From positions 1,116,001 through 1,180,000 of the forward strand of contig LSRY02000026.1 in NCBI GenBank assembly GCA_001643675.2: DNA of 64,000 nucleotides, given 5' to 3'. The notes under the pieces were generated by a model. That model was not told the origin of the DNA. It ran no database searches and worked only from the letters and a program-made list of their open reading frames with translations. Shown one piece after another: positions 47,264 to 60,548 of this stretch. The first letter of the stretch is position 1; every line of letters starts with the position of its first letter. The translations under genes and the position numbers were made by a program. The DNA comes from Monocercomonoides exilis PA203 (taxonomy: Eukaryota > Protista > Preaxostyla).

Positions 47264-49897
47264 ATGGAGCAATACATAATTTATTTTGAATTGTCTCGAA
47301 AAAAGATGGATCATTCTTTTCAGAGTGCAAATGACCAGGAAACAAAATTTAAATTATTATCATCATTTGATGAATATTTGAAAATTATCACAGAGTTTAA
47401 TGAAAAATTTGAAGAATGCTCACAAAATGAAAGATTGGTTGTTATCGCAGGAAAGAGCGGTACTGGAAAAAGTACGTTAATAAATGCACTTTTGGGAGTG
47501 TCAATGGAAGAAAATGAAGAAGGGAATATCGCAAAAATTAATGAATTGATCAAAGGTCCAAAAATTGGAAACGGAATTCTATCAGAAACTCAATCCGCAG
47601 ATTGCTTCAAATTTGACGACTCAACTTTGTTGGATCCGAAAGGGTTTGTTGGATCAAATATCGATATCGAGGGAGACATCCTAAGCACGCTAATTTTGGA
47701 GGCCAATAAAAGAAAAACTAATAAAGTGATGGTCATATATCTTTCGGAATATAATAATTTCCGTAACTTATCAAAAATGACTCAAGACATAGAATTCATC
47801 AACAACATTTGCAAGGACATTGATCTGCCATTAGTATTTATTTCCAATAAATGCGGTCTTCGATGGGCAATGAGAAAGGAAGGCAGCGGTCAATTGGGAG
47901 AAGAGATGATTAAAAAAATTCAAGACCAACTTTACAACGATTTTTACAAATTATTCAACGGTCAGCTGGATGAAATCAAGAGTAAATTTTTCAAAGATTC
48001 TGGAACACAAACTGAAAAGTGGATGATTGAAGTTCTTGAGAAAAGTTTGATCAACAAAACTTTGCAGAAGGCAAATTTGGAGAAATGTCTGGGTCAACTT
48101 AAAGCACTGTATGTGTTGAAAAGAGCACTCGAAAACGAGAGGCTGCTGTATTATGATCCTTTGGATTCTTTCTCAGTTGAAAGAATCAAATCAATGGTGA
48201 AAGATGAGAATCACTTTGTTTTACCAGATCGTGTTCCATTAGGTGGAAGTACTCCTGAATCAAACGACTTTTTAAGGAAAGTCTCAGAAACAGCACTTAC
48301 TCTGAAGCTGCTTGTAACGGCAATGATAGGCAGACGAAGGATTCCCTATTTTTTGCAAGAGGTTTCAAATGCATGTTGTGATTTTGCATTCAATTGCAAA
48401 CGATTATGCTTCTCAATGAATGAAAAAATGAGGAAAGTTGAGAGCACGCTGAGCAAAATTACAATTGACAATGAAGATAAAGATTGTGAGGGTGATGAAG
48501 AAGATGAAGAAAATATCGATCCTTACAAAAAATTGAAACGGCAAATTGAAGAAGAGCTTGCAAGGCTTGACTCGAACGAGCTTGTGAAATACGATTCAAT
48601 TCCATTCGATGAGCATCAGAACTATCATTCGAACGAAGTTAGAATTGAGAAGAAGATTGAAGTGCCTGGCACAGAATTCAAATTTATCCCTGAGAACAAA
48701 TACACTTTTTCAGACGAAAAAACACAGAAATCTGGAATTGAGGATGGTGTGTTTCGGGCTGTGTACAAAGCTCAAAGTCATGAAACAATGACGGGACAAA
48801 TAATTTCCGATATCACTTTACTGAAAATTCACCATGCGTTCAAAAATGAGACAAGCGAGTGCAAAGGAACAGTTGAGCTGTATGCACCAAAAAAAAATCT
48901 TCCAGAAATCCAGGATCGGATTCAGAAACAAAAAGAGAGACTGCAGAAATTGAACGAAAAAATCATGTACAATCAACACAATATGGAATTCATCAAAGAA
49001 TTGAGGAAAGAATTAAAGGAATGTTTGGATGAAATTAGGGAAAAAAAGGAAGAGGAGGAGAGATGGAGAAATTATCAATTCTCATTGGATGAATGTAAGA
49101 GGTTCTGCAAAGAGTGCGATGAGCTGTGGGAAATCCACCTAGAAGCGATTCAGCAACTACATAAGTTTGTCAGGAATTATGTTCCTGAGAAGTATATAAA
49201 AGAGGCCAAAAAAGAAAGAGATTCTGAGTTTGTTAATTTACAGCTTTCATCGCCATCATCATCATCAACATCATCTGCTGCTTCTTCTGCTTCTGCATCT
49301 TTTATTTCTGATTCTTTATCGAAGTGTTATTTTGAGAATGCAAATGAAATCTTTGAGCGATTATGGAACGAAAAAATGTCAAAAAAGAAGAATGAAGAAG
49401 AAGTGGATTCAGAAGATCTAAAAGATTTCGAAGATTTCGAAGATTTCGAAGATTTCGAAGATTTCGAAGATTGTGAAGATAGTGGAGATGAACAAGGCAA
49501 CAAAGACGAAGAAGATTTTGAGGATGAAGATTATGAAGAAGATCAAGTTCTTGAAATTGAAAAGAAGCGAAAACAAAATATTTGCTTCAAAAGAAAAATG
49601 GAAGAAAAAGAAAGAACATTCGGCTATGAACAAAGAAGATCAGAAGAAAATGAAAAGTCATGTTGTTTCTCTCCTTCATCGCGAGTTGACGAAACCCTGA
49701 TGAATCTCGCAAGATATTATGTTGTAGTTGAAGAAATGAATAAGTTGGACAAGAAGAAGAATCTTGTTCGCCTTAAGGTTGGAAGACATTACGATCCAAC
49801 ACTTGTTGGTGTGGGAATTGAGACAATCAAATACATATGGAGTAAAATGGGTGTGTTCAGAACAACTTTAGGTGAATTCAAAAAATTCAGCGAATAA
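47264..49897 (+). CDS. Intronless P-loop GTPase (TRAFAC-type N-terminal G domain) with coiled-coil and acidic C-terminal regions
   Basis: Open frame of ~877 codons. G1 GKSGTGKS, G2-like SET, G3 LLDPKG, G4-like VFISNK. The start could instead be the ATG at 47306. Confidence 0.85.
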   Translation: MEQYIIYFELSRKKMDHSFQSANDQETKFKLLSSFDEYLKIITEFNEKFEECSQNERLVVIAGKSGTGKSTLINALLGVSMEENEEGNIAKINELIKGPKIGNGILSETQSADCFKFDDSTLLDPKGFVGSNIDIEGDILSTLILEANKRKTNKVMVIYLSEYNNFRNLSKMTQDIEFINNICKDIDLPLVFISNKCGLRWAMRKEGSGQLGEEMIKKIQDQLYNDFYKLFNGQLDEIKSKFFKDSGTQTEKWMIEVLEKSLINKTLQKANLEKCLGQLKALYVLKRALENERLLYYDPLDSFSVERIKSMVKDENHFVLPDRVPLGGSTPESNDFLRKVSETALTLKLLVTAMIGRRRIPYFLQEVSNACCDFAFNCKRLCFSMNEKMRKVESTLSKITIDNEDKDCEGDEEDEENIDPYKKLKRQIEEELARLDSNELVKYDSIPFDEHQNYHSNEVRIEKKIEVPGTEFKFIPENKYTFSDEKTQKSGIEDGVFRAVYKAQSHETMTGQIISDITLLKIHHAFKNETSECKGTVELYAPKKNLPEIQDRIQKQKERLQKLNEKIMYNQHNMEFIKELRKELKECLDEIREKKEEEERWRNYQFSLDECKRFCKECDELWEIHLEAIQQLHKFVRNYVPEKYIKEAKKERDSEFVNLQLSSPSSSSTSSAASSASASFISDSLSKCYFENANEIFERLWNEKMSKKKNEEEVDSEDLKDFEDFEDFEDFEDFEDCEDSGDEQGNKDEEDFEDEDYEEDQVLEIEKKRKQNICFKRKMEEKERTFGYEQRRSEENEKSCCFSPSSRVDETLMNLARYYVVVEEMNKLDKKKNLVRLKVGRHYDPTLVGVGIETIKYIWSKMGVFRTTLGEFKKFSE
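49422..49472 (+). repeat. 9-bp coding tandem repeat (AAGATTTCG)x5, encoding DFE repeats
   Basis: Read directly from the sequence. Confidence 0.95.
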
Positions 49898-51020
49898 ATG
49901 TTTAATAGAAAAAGAATAACCACAAATTTCAAAAGTGTTGTTTATTTTTGATTCATTAAACATTTTTTCATATAAAAAAAAGTGAAATCATTTGAAGCGC
50001 TTTGTCATTTTATTGTTTGATATTGATGAAAGATGAAATTCATTATTCATTTTTTTCTGAAATATTTGCTTTCATTCAAATGATTGAAATAATGCTAAAG
50101 TTGCTGTGTTCGTTTTCTTTCGCAACTTCTTTCTCATGATTTCCATTTCAAAAAAGGAATTACTTGTATTCAAGAAAATTATCTTCAAAAAATGAATGTT
50201 AAATGCTTCAACAAAAAAAAAAAAAAAAAAAAAAAAACAAGAGATGCAAAAGTCTCGATATCCGTTGACGATAGATGATCTGTTGATAATCAATTTTGGA
50301 ATATTGAGTTGTAAAAAACACATATCTTTTTGAAAAAACATGCTATTATCCAAAAAAGTTATTGCCATTCATAATTCAATTTCTAGAATATTTTGTTTTA
50401 AATATTATAACAATCAAAACAAATGGATGATCATTTTTGAAAACACACTTTTTTAAAGAGTGTTGTTCATTATTTTTCTCAATGAGATTCAGAAAAATTG
50501 AACGATATCGGAAAATGCATTCATCTTTATTCCATGTTTGAAATAAATATTAATTTTTTTTTTTTTAAATCTCATTTCGATTATAAATTCAATCAAAACT
50601 TTTTTACAAAAGAGTTATTTCGAAAAGGATCAGACAAATTTTGAAAAAACGATTTTGATATTTTAAATTTTATTCAAAACTCAGGTACTTCAACAAAATG
50701 CCAACGTAGCGGTTTTCGAATTTATCGTTAATTAAATAAAAAAATCCTGAAAATTTGATGACATATATATGTGTGTGTTTTTGTGTGTTTTTTTTTTAAT
50801 TTGAACTTTTTCTAATATCTAACATTTGCTGCAGAAAAAAAAGATATCATTCAATATCTTTTCAATCGTTATTTATCCAACATGAACTGTTTCATTTCAA
50901 TCTAATGCTTTGATGAAACATTCTAATCTATTTAACTCAGCATTTTCTACACCCATAATAATATTATTATTGTATCAAAATATTTAATAATCTAATTATT
51001 TTCATTGAGGCAAAGTGAGA

Positions 51021-54000
51021 ATGTTGCCAGGAATGGGGATGTTTGCTTCAAGCATTTTTTTGTATTGTATGAGTCTTATTGCCCTTACCGAAGACTCGAG
51101 CTGGATTGGAGAAAACATGAAAGAAGTAGTCATTGAAATGAATGGTTATCTGCTTCAGATAAACAAAAATCCTTCAAAAGATGGTTTTATTAATTATGAA
51201 GAAGATGATGGAAGATTGATGGAAAAAATTATAAAAAATGAAGTTGGTGGAAAAGATTATCTCAAAGATGAAAAAAACAACAAAAAAGAATTAGGAAGAG
51301 AAATTGATATTTTGAAGAATGGAAATATTTTCCAATACAGTGAAATAGATGGTTGCTTGGAATGCTTCAATTCATCAGTCATGGAAATGGGCTTGACTGT
51401 GAGAGAAAAAGGCACAAAAAGGATTTTCATTGCGAAAAAAGGAAGCATTGTTTCGATGAAAGAGTGCATTCTTTTTGTTGAGCAGCATTCTCCTCCAATG
51501 GAGCTGGACGGAAGCTTTGGGTCATTTGTGAATATTTCCTTGAGGTCAAATGTTGAAGGATTGCGTTCATTTCCTCCTCTTTTCACTTCTGAACAATTTG
51601 ACATCATCATTTCGAAAACTTCCATTATTTCCTTGAGTGAATCTCATTTTTCATCTTTTTGTGTCTCATCAGCCCCATTCCTCTCATCACCTTCAATACC
51701 CCTAATATCCCTCTCTCATCTGTCATTTTTCAACATCTCAACAGCACTTGATCCGTGCTCGCCTACAGCCACTACGTCAACCCAAACCACATGTTTGATG
51801 AGCAGTTGCTCATTCACTTCTGTTTGTGATGCATATGATGGCGGGATTGTCCCCTCTCTCAACAATCCCTTGGCTTCCTTATCTGTTTCTAATACATCAT
51901 TCATTGGGTGTTGTCGAACAAGGAATGTGAAATGTGAAGGAAATGCAGATAATAAGCTGGCTCCAGTGAGACAAAATACAACAGATAATGGAGCGAATAC
52001 ATTCACTTGGTGCGAATGGAACGGATCGAGGACAACAGGAGAAAAAAATGCATTAAGCGATAGCGCTTCGAATGGAGGGGCAATTTTCATGAATAATCAG
52101 AGAAATGGAGTTCTTTTAGTGAAGAACAGTTCTTTTAATGATTGTCATGCTTTTCACGCTGGTGGAGGCATCTTGTGCCGTTCGATTTATTCTTTTGAAA
52201 TTGTTAGCAACTCATTCAACGAGTGTTCGGCAAATTATTTCTATGGAGGGGGAATTCATGCAGCATTAATTTCAGGATGTGTTCGGATCAGTGGATGCGA
52301 TTTTCGAAACTGCAAAGCAGATCGAGTGGGAGGGGGACTTTATCTCGACGATCTCCAATTATTTGTGTCAGATTGCATTGAATCAGAAAATGGAGGAGGA
52401 GAAAGTGCTTGTGTGTTTGACAGCAGTTTCACTTCTTGTTCACTTTCAAATTCAGGAGGTGGAGGCATGTTTTGTCAAAGCATTCCTGATTCATTCAAAA
52501 TGAGAAATGTTCAGTTTTTCTCTTGCTCTGCTGTGTCAGCTGGAGGAGGATTGTATTTTTATCCGAATCGAGCAACAGCACCAGTTGATAGAGTTTATTT
52601 TTATTATTTATTTTTTCATGAATGTGCTTGCAAATCCTCAACAACTCCACATGGGAATGATATGATTTTTTTGGATGCCTTCAATCTCTTTTTTGACAAT
52701 GACATTCCGTTTCAGGAGTGTTTCACAACGAATACAGACATTCAGAGAGTGTGCTATGCTTTCAACTTCTCTAACGCAGGTGTCTGGACATATCAACAGA
52801 TAGAAAAGAAGGATTGGCTGAAGGACAAGACGATTTACGTTTCGGTGAATGGAAATGATGAATATGTGCTTTGTGGGGCAAATACAACATTTCCATGTCT
52901 AACAGTGAAGAAGGGATTTGAGATGTGTGAGGTGCAGATTAGCTTGACAATCACGGCGCTGGAAGGGAATCATCAAAGTGAGACAACAATGATTGAGATT
53001 GGGGAAAAGAAGATTTCAGTCATTGGGAAAGGAAAGGAAACATGTTCGATTGGAACAGGAGCCCTTTCATCAACCGGATCGCTGTTCAGTGTTTCAACAG
53101 GTCATCTTGGTTTGTTGCACATGAAGGTTGATTGTAACTCAAATGCAAATCCTTCTTCGCCGAGTGTGGCTGTGGTATCTGATGGGAGCGGTTTACTCTC
53201 ATTGGAGGATGTTGTGATCACCACGAGTAATGTTGGAGGCTATGTGTTGTCGTCGTCAGTGTTTGTGGTGCCACTGTCACAGCTGTCGATGGTTGGAGTG
53301 GAGATCAAAGATATGAATATTTCTCAACCATTGTTCTCTGAACCTGTTTTATCTCCTTCTTCTTCTTCCTCATCTGCCCTTTTTTTGACAGCCACTGCTT
53401 CTGGAGAGAGCATGATTGCGAACTTGATTGTGAGGAATGTGAAGTTGACAGAAGGAGATGGGGTGGTTGTGGCAAAGAGTGTGGCAGAAGGGGAGACATT
53501 TGTTGTTCAGAATGTTTCAATCGAGGATTGTGAGTGTGAGAATGGCAATGGTGGTGGGATCAAGGTTGAGTTGGAAACAGATACTAGCAAGCTTCAGGTT
53601 GAATTATCAACAACAATGAACAGATGCAAAAGTAGCAAATATGGAGGAGGGATGATGCTGCATCTGGCTGACAACTCGATTGACTTCTCGATTGTGTCAG
53701 TTGACTTTTCAGGGTGTTTTGCTTCATTGGGTGGGAATTATGTGTTTGTGAATGGGAGCGATTCTGTGAACTGGGGAATAACAACAGAAAAGCTGGATGT
53801 TCAACATGACGATTCGAAATACAACGAGCTGGTGGGATATGATCGGAGTGACACAACAATGGGGCTGTTCCCACTGAATGTGTATTTGGACAGATATCCA
53901 GATGCAGTTCATGTGGGGAAGGGGAAGGATGGGGTGGGTGGATACGACTCGTGGTTCTGTGGGTTTGACTATTATCCGTGTGCCACCATCACCCATGCAG

Positions 54001-57000
54001 CGCAGGTGAGATATGCAGACACAAACAAGAAGATCGAATTGGATTCGGGATTTGAGCTTGCTGAGGCAGTTGGAATGACAGATGGCCATGAATGGGAGAT
54101 TTCCTGTGCAACAAAAGGGATGGGAGTTGGGGTGAAAGCACCAGAGAATTTTGAGTCATCTTGTCTGATTGAGGTTCAGAGCAAATGTTCAATGAGAAAC
54201 ATCAAATTCTGTATTCCATCTGTTCTATCTGGTGCATCATCATCATCTCTGATCTCATCCAATTCCACACTCCTCACACTCACTGACTGTTCTGTTGTTT
54301 GTTCCTCTGAGAATTTCATTGGATATTGTTTTGTGAATGTGATTGGGGGAAAAGTGAAAGTGGAGGGATTGGTGATCACAGAGACCTTGAGATTTGGAGA
54401 GCATTCAGTGATTGAGTTTGGTGGAGGGGTGGAATCAGTTGTGTTTTGTGGGTGTGAGGTGAACAACATCGAGAAGAGAAGTGGAGATGGGGGATGGGTG
54501 AGTGGAGTGGTTGGGGCAGAGAGAGATGAGGGGAAGAATGGGATAATTGTGATTGAGTCGTGTGTTGTGAAGGGGTGCAGGTGTGTTTGTGGAAGAGGAG
54601 GAGGGATGAGTGTTGTTGTGAAAGGGGAAGGGAGTGTTGTTGTGAATGGGAGTTGTGTGATTGATGGGTGCGAGGCGAAGGGTTCAGGGGAGAGTTCAGA
54701 TGGGAGAAGTGAAGGGAGAGGGGGAGGGATGATGATTGCGATGGAGAGCAGGGATGGTTCAATGAAAATGGAATCGGGAAGAGAGGGTTTGTTTGTGTTT
54801 GGAGAGAATAACAAAGCTCAATATGGGAAGGATGTGTTTGTTGAATGTGGTGGAGGAGTGTTGTTGGAATCAAAAGTGAATGGGAGTTCATTTTCATTTT
54901 TTGATTTTGGTGTGATTCCAACAGATGTGTTGAAGTTGTGTGGGAGTGAGGATGGGAGAGAAGGGGAAGTGATTCCTCTGTTTGTGTATTTGTGCTCACT
55001 TGGCTCAAAATTGAGTGTTGATGGGAGTGGAGAGAGGGCACTGGATCACGGTCATTGTGGGTTTGAGGAGTTTGGGTGTTCAACAATTGACTATTGTGTT
55101 GGGAAGAGAGCGAGCAGCACTGTGAATGAAATCGAAGTTGCATCAGAATCGTTGATAAAGAATGAGATGAAAGTGGTTTCATTTGAGGTTCATGTTTCAG
55201 GGAAAGAAGAAGGGATGAGGGTGGTTGTGAGAGATGAAGGATCGATGAATCAAAACAACCTTATTGAGTGTTCAAAATCATTTGAGATGATTCATTTGTC
55301 ATTTGTGCTGAATGATGAAATGAATGGGAAGAGAAGTGGATTCATTCACTCCTCCTCATCAGCATCAACCATCACAATGACCGACTGTTCAGTCTCATTT
55401 GGAAATGATGAATTGATTGGATTCAATGTGATTTGCATTGAGGGAGGAGGGTTGGTTGTTCATGGATTTGTGATGGAAGGGGGAGTGAGAATGAGTGGGA
55501 AATCGCCAATTGTTGTTTCGAATGGAGCTGAATTGGAGATGAATCACAGCCGAATGAGTGGAGTGGTAGTTGTCGGTGGGAGTGGAGGAGGAGGAGGAGG
55601 ATGTTTGAATGTGGAGATGGGTGTGAATGGGATTGTGAATATTGAAGGATGCAATTTGTCATCAGTGCGTTCAGGGGGGAGTGGGATGAAAGGGGGAGGG
55701 ATGAAGATATCAGTGGGGAAGGGAGGGAGGTTGGAAATGAAAGGAGTGAAATATTCAAGGTGTGAAGTGCCAAGAGAGGTTGTTGAGGAAGGAGGGAGAG
55801 GAATGGGAGGAGGGATGTTTGTGAAGCTGGCAGATGAGATGGGAACATTTGTGATGGAAGGGATGGGATTTGAGGGATGTGATGGGTGGAAAGGGAAGAA
55901 TGTGTTTGTGTCAGGATGGGATCTGAGAGAGATTGTGAATGAGGAGCACTTGAAATGGGAGATGAGTTCAGAGGAATTGGAATCATTGGATGAGCTGTGT
56001 GGATGGGAGAGGAAGACGACAGGAGATGAGGGATATGTGATTCCATTGGTTGTGTATTTGTGGAGGAACTGGAGTGGGGATGGGTATGTTTCGAAGGAGG
56101 GAGGAGGAGACTTCAGTGGTTGTGGGTATTCCGAGGCACCATGCTCATCGATTGACCACTTGATATCACTTCAATATCCAACACTTGGAGAAGGGGAAAC
56201 ACATATTGCGATTGTGGGGTCAGGGTTGCTGAGCCATTCCATATCATTTTCATCATCAATTTCAGAGTCACCAAAAGTGGTGATTGAAGGGACAAGGAAA
56301 GGGACAGGGGTGACGATCAGTGATGAAGAAGAGAATGATTTGTCTGATGATGGTTCAATGATATCATCGAATGCGAGCCTGTCATTTGTGAATGTGTCAT
56401 TCACCAAGCCAGCCATCACAACCCATCATTCAGTGTTGATTGAATCCTCTGGAACAAACACATGCTTGTCAGTTTCTGACTGTTCATTTGGCCCAGGGAG
56501 AGGGGTGGCAGAAAGTTTTGGATATTGCCTGATGAGAGTGAATGGAGGGAGTGTTGTGATTGAGAGGAGTTCGTTGAGTTTGATTTCAGAGTTGAAAGGG
56601 TTGATTGTGTTCAGCCCAAGTGCAGGTGAGGTGACACTTCAGAATGTGAACATCTCATTTGCTGATGTGACAGAGAGAAGTGTGATTTCGATGATGAAAG
56701 AGGAAAACCAGATGAATGGAGAAAAGAAGGGTTTTACAAATGTGAACAGACCAGTTGTGAGGGTTGTTGGGTGTTCATTTGCGAACATCACAAACGAAGG
56801 GATTGGAGCGAGTATTGTTGATGTGGGATCATATGAGGACGGGGTGGAGTGTGTGATGGATGAGTGTTCGATGTCGAGTTGCAAGAGTGGTTTGAGTGAT
56901 GAAGGAGGGGGGATGAGAGTGGTGCTGAAGAGTGTGGAGTCGGTGTTGAAAGTGAATGGGAGCTCGTTTTAGATGTGCAAATGCTCGAGTGAGACAGGGT

Positions 57001-60000
57001 GTGGAGGAGGGCTGTTTATTGATGGATCAGACCCACATGCGAATTATGGAAATGAAAGTCAGATTCCGCCTCTGTATTTCAAGATTGTGAATATCCTGTT
57101 TGTGATGAATGAGGCACATGTGGGGAAAGACGTGTTTGTCAGATGCCACTCGATTGCTCACCAGATCAACGAAACACTGTTTGCGCTGAACTACAACCAG
57201 GAGTCACTGAACTCGAACAACTCGATCTGTGGGAGGGATGTTTGGAGCGAGGAAGTTGTTGATCTGATTCCGCTGATCACATTCTATTATTCGGCACAGG
57301 TGTTTGTGAGTGGGAGAGGAAGCGATGGGAGGGGGTGTGGGGCACAGAGCAGTCCGTGTGCGAGCATCAACTGTGGGGTTGAGCACGTCCAGGAAGGGGT
57401 GATGAATGGGATTCTGATTGATGGAGAAGGGTTTGTGAGGAAGGAGTGTGTGATTGGAGATCTGGTTGTGAACTCATTGAAAAAGACAGAGGGGATTGTT
57501 CGATTGAACTGCAAGATTGAGAAGTCAGCTGAGAAGGATTGTGTTATGGAGTTTGTGAATGAATGTTCAGTGGAGAGGTGCTCATTCCAATTTGAAGATG
57601 GATTTAAATCAACTCACATTAATCTTATGAAAGTGAAGAATGGTTCAATGGAGATACAGAAATGTGAATTCCTCTCTTCATTATCAACAGCAGTTGAGGA
57701 TATGAAGTTGAACAGTTCAGTTGTGAGTGTGGAAAGTGGAGAGCTGAAGATATTTGATTCAACATTCAGGGATATTCATTCAACAAGATCAGTGCTTTCA
57801 TTTCGTGAAGCATCAGATGTGACAATTGTTGAAACAAGAATATCGAATATCGAATGTGAGGGAGATGTTGTGAGCATTGGAGGTAAAGCGAAAGTGGAGA
57901 TGAAAGAGATGGGAGTTGAGAATGTGACTCTGCTGTTGGAGGGGTGTGTGATTGGGATGGAAGATGTTGAGCAAGGGGTGAGTTCGCTGAACAGCTCATT
58001 TGGAAGATGTGTGAATTCAGTTGATAAGGGAAGCATGATGCAGATCAGGAATTCCAAGAATGTGAGGATTGAGATAAGTGTGTTTGATGGAGAAACAGAA
58101 ATCGAGGTTTTCAATGAAGAAAACAATAGAAAAGAAGGATTATGCAAATGGAATGGGTCATTGGTTGATGTTGAGAAGAGCAAAGTGGAGATGAGGGAAA
58201 CAACAATTATGAAGAGCAAGGGAGGTGGGTTGCGGGTGAGTGGAGGGAATATGAAGATTGAGAAGGGGGAGTTTGAGAGCAACAACCCATCGATCGAGGG
58301 ATATCCATCAGCCAGAAGGAATGTGATTTGTGAAGGGAATGGGGAGTTGGATGTTGTGAGTGTGAAAGGGGGTGATGGATGGAAGGACAATTCTTCATTG
58401 TGGATATTGGATGAAGGATGCGAATTGGGAGGGATAGCTTCAGAAAGAGGATCATCATTTTTCATCCCCATTTTGGAAGAGGTGAAGAATATTTCTCAGC
58501 CAAATGGGAATGTGGAGTTGATGATTGTGGGAAAGCTGCTTCTGCCATGTGATTTGTCAGTGAAGATGAGCATGAAAAATGGGGATGAAGAGGAGATTGT
58601 GAGAAAGGAGATTGAAGAAGAAGGGTTTGTGTCAGAGAATGAGATTCACTCAGTTATTTCATGTTCAGAATGGGAGAAAGTGAGAGAAGAGACGGAAGTG
58701 AGTGTGTGGATTGTGTTTGGGAAAACAGGTTCCCTTTCATCAACAGAGTCATTCATTGTGAAGAACAGGAGTGAAAGTGTTGGAAAAGGAGATGTAAGGA
58801 TTGTTGAAGGAGAGAAAGAAGGGAAATCATCATGGGCATTGATTGTGATTGTTTTATTGGTTGTTGTATTAATCATTGTTCTGATTGTATCTGTTGTTGT
58901 AACTATTCGTTGGAGAAAGCAAAAGAGAAGAACAAAGGAATTGGAGGAGATTGTGAATGACACAGTGAGAAAGGATCCAAAGGCATTTGAGATGGTGACG
59001 ATGGAGATGTCACCAGAGGAGCAGTGGAGAAGAGCAGAGAGGGAGGCAGAGAAGAAGAATGAAGAGAGGATCAAAAAAAGAATATATGAGACGAACATGG
59101 AACATTCAGAGTCATCTGAGCATCTTCTGTCTGAGAGTGGATCGACTGAATACATTCTGGGGAGAGACTCAGACAAGATCCCAGAATGGATACTGGAGAA
59201 AGTGGATGAAAAAGAAGAGGAAACAAGGAAGAGAACGCCATCACCATCCATCTCATCCACTTCAACAACTGATTCGGATTCAACATTTGTTCGATCGGAG
59301 AGTCTGTGCCTAACCACCTCGTCCATGTCGAATCTGGCGGATGCGATGGCCTGTTCATCTCCTCATGAGAAGCTGATTGTGGATCTGAGAGATTCACTGT
59401 TCATGTTGTTGCATGGGCTGAGCAAGACAAAGGAGATGGCGATTGGCACTCTTCAGGAGAGGGAGCAGACAGCCGCACAGATCTTGTTCTGGGTGGCCAA
59501 TCTCGCCCTCCACTCCTTTGATGAGATGGAAAATGGATTATCTTCTCTTTCCACTCTGAGCCCTCACATTGTTCTGTTTTCAGAGCACATGGTGATCTGC
59601 ATCGTGATGCACTCCGACTTCTCTTCTGATGATGATTCATCATCCATCTCATCATCAACAGTTGTGACATCTACCAGTGATGATAGTGACTCCCTTCCTT
59701 CTTCTGCCTTTGAGGATGAGGAAGATTACAAAAAAGAGTGTTTGAGATGGATGGCACCAGAGCTGCAGGTGAACAAGAAGATGGGAGCAACGAAGAAGTC
59801 GGTTGTGTTTTCGATTGGGATGATGCTGTGGGAGTGTCTGACACTGGATATCCCGTTTGGGGAGTATCCAGCAGAGGTGGCAGGAGATAAGATCTTGAAT
59901 GGGGAGAGGCCAGACATGACAGCTCTGTTTGGGTCGACATACTGCGAACCGATTAAAGTGACTCTGAATCATAGAATGGATGAGCGGCCGAGTCTGAAAC

Positions 60001-60173
60001 TGGTGAAACGTGAGCTGCTCAATCACTTTCCAGCAGGAGCTGTTTTGTTCACTGTTTCTGATGCTTTGTTCACTGAGGATTCAAGAGGATATGATGGAAG
60101 TGAAATAGTTGTGACATCGCAAATACAAATTGCTCAAAATGCAGCTTCAGAAATGGAACAGAAGAAACAATGA
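51021..60173 (+). CDS. Giant single-pass membrane protein (~3050 codons): signal peptide, repeated beta-helix (pectin-lyase/Pmp-like) ectodomain, TM helix, cytosolic tyrosine-kinase-like pseudokinase; one in-frame TAG at 56970-56972
   Basis: ORFs 51015..56972 and 56973..60173 are in the same frame. GGAI/GGG repeats, five V..G.D...CG....C.[TS][IV] caps, hydrophobic WALIVIVLLVVVLIIVLIVSVVVTI at ~58833-58907, then LRWMAPE, VFSIGMMLWECLTLDIPF and ERPS. Confidence 0.85.
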
Positions 60174-60517
60174 AATTGTCTCTTTTGGAAGCAATCAAAC
60201 AGAAATATTTTGAGAAATGAAAAGATGCCAAGGGAATATATATGAAGACGGGAAGAAATACAACAGTGAGATTGGAAGACACAAACCCAAAACAATAAGC
60301 ATGAGAACATCAACACATATGGAGCAGAAGTCAAATTAGATTTTCAAAAGTTTTCAGTGTGGAAAATACTTTATTCAAATGTCAAGATAACATAATAAAG
60401 AATTCAAATTTTCTTTTTTATTTTTTGGGACTTTTTATTTTTTTGATTGATAAATTCATCACAATTGTTAAAAATCCATGAAAAGAATAAAACCTGACCA
60501 TCAATCATTCTGGTTCG

Positions 60518-60548
<31 letters not shown>

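Noticed and set aside
49422-49472. CRISPR-like or regulatory repeat array
   Set aside because: It is a head-to-tail 9-bp coding repeat with no spacers. No CRISPR array is visible anywhere in the window.
51257-60026. Numerous minus-strand ORFs inside the giant receptor gene
   Set aside because: They are antisense frames kept open by the strong G/T bias of the sense strand and carry no motifs.
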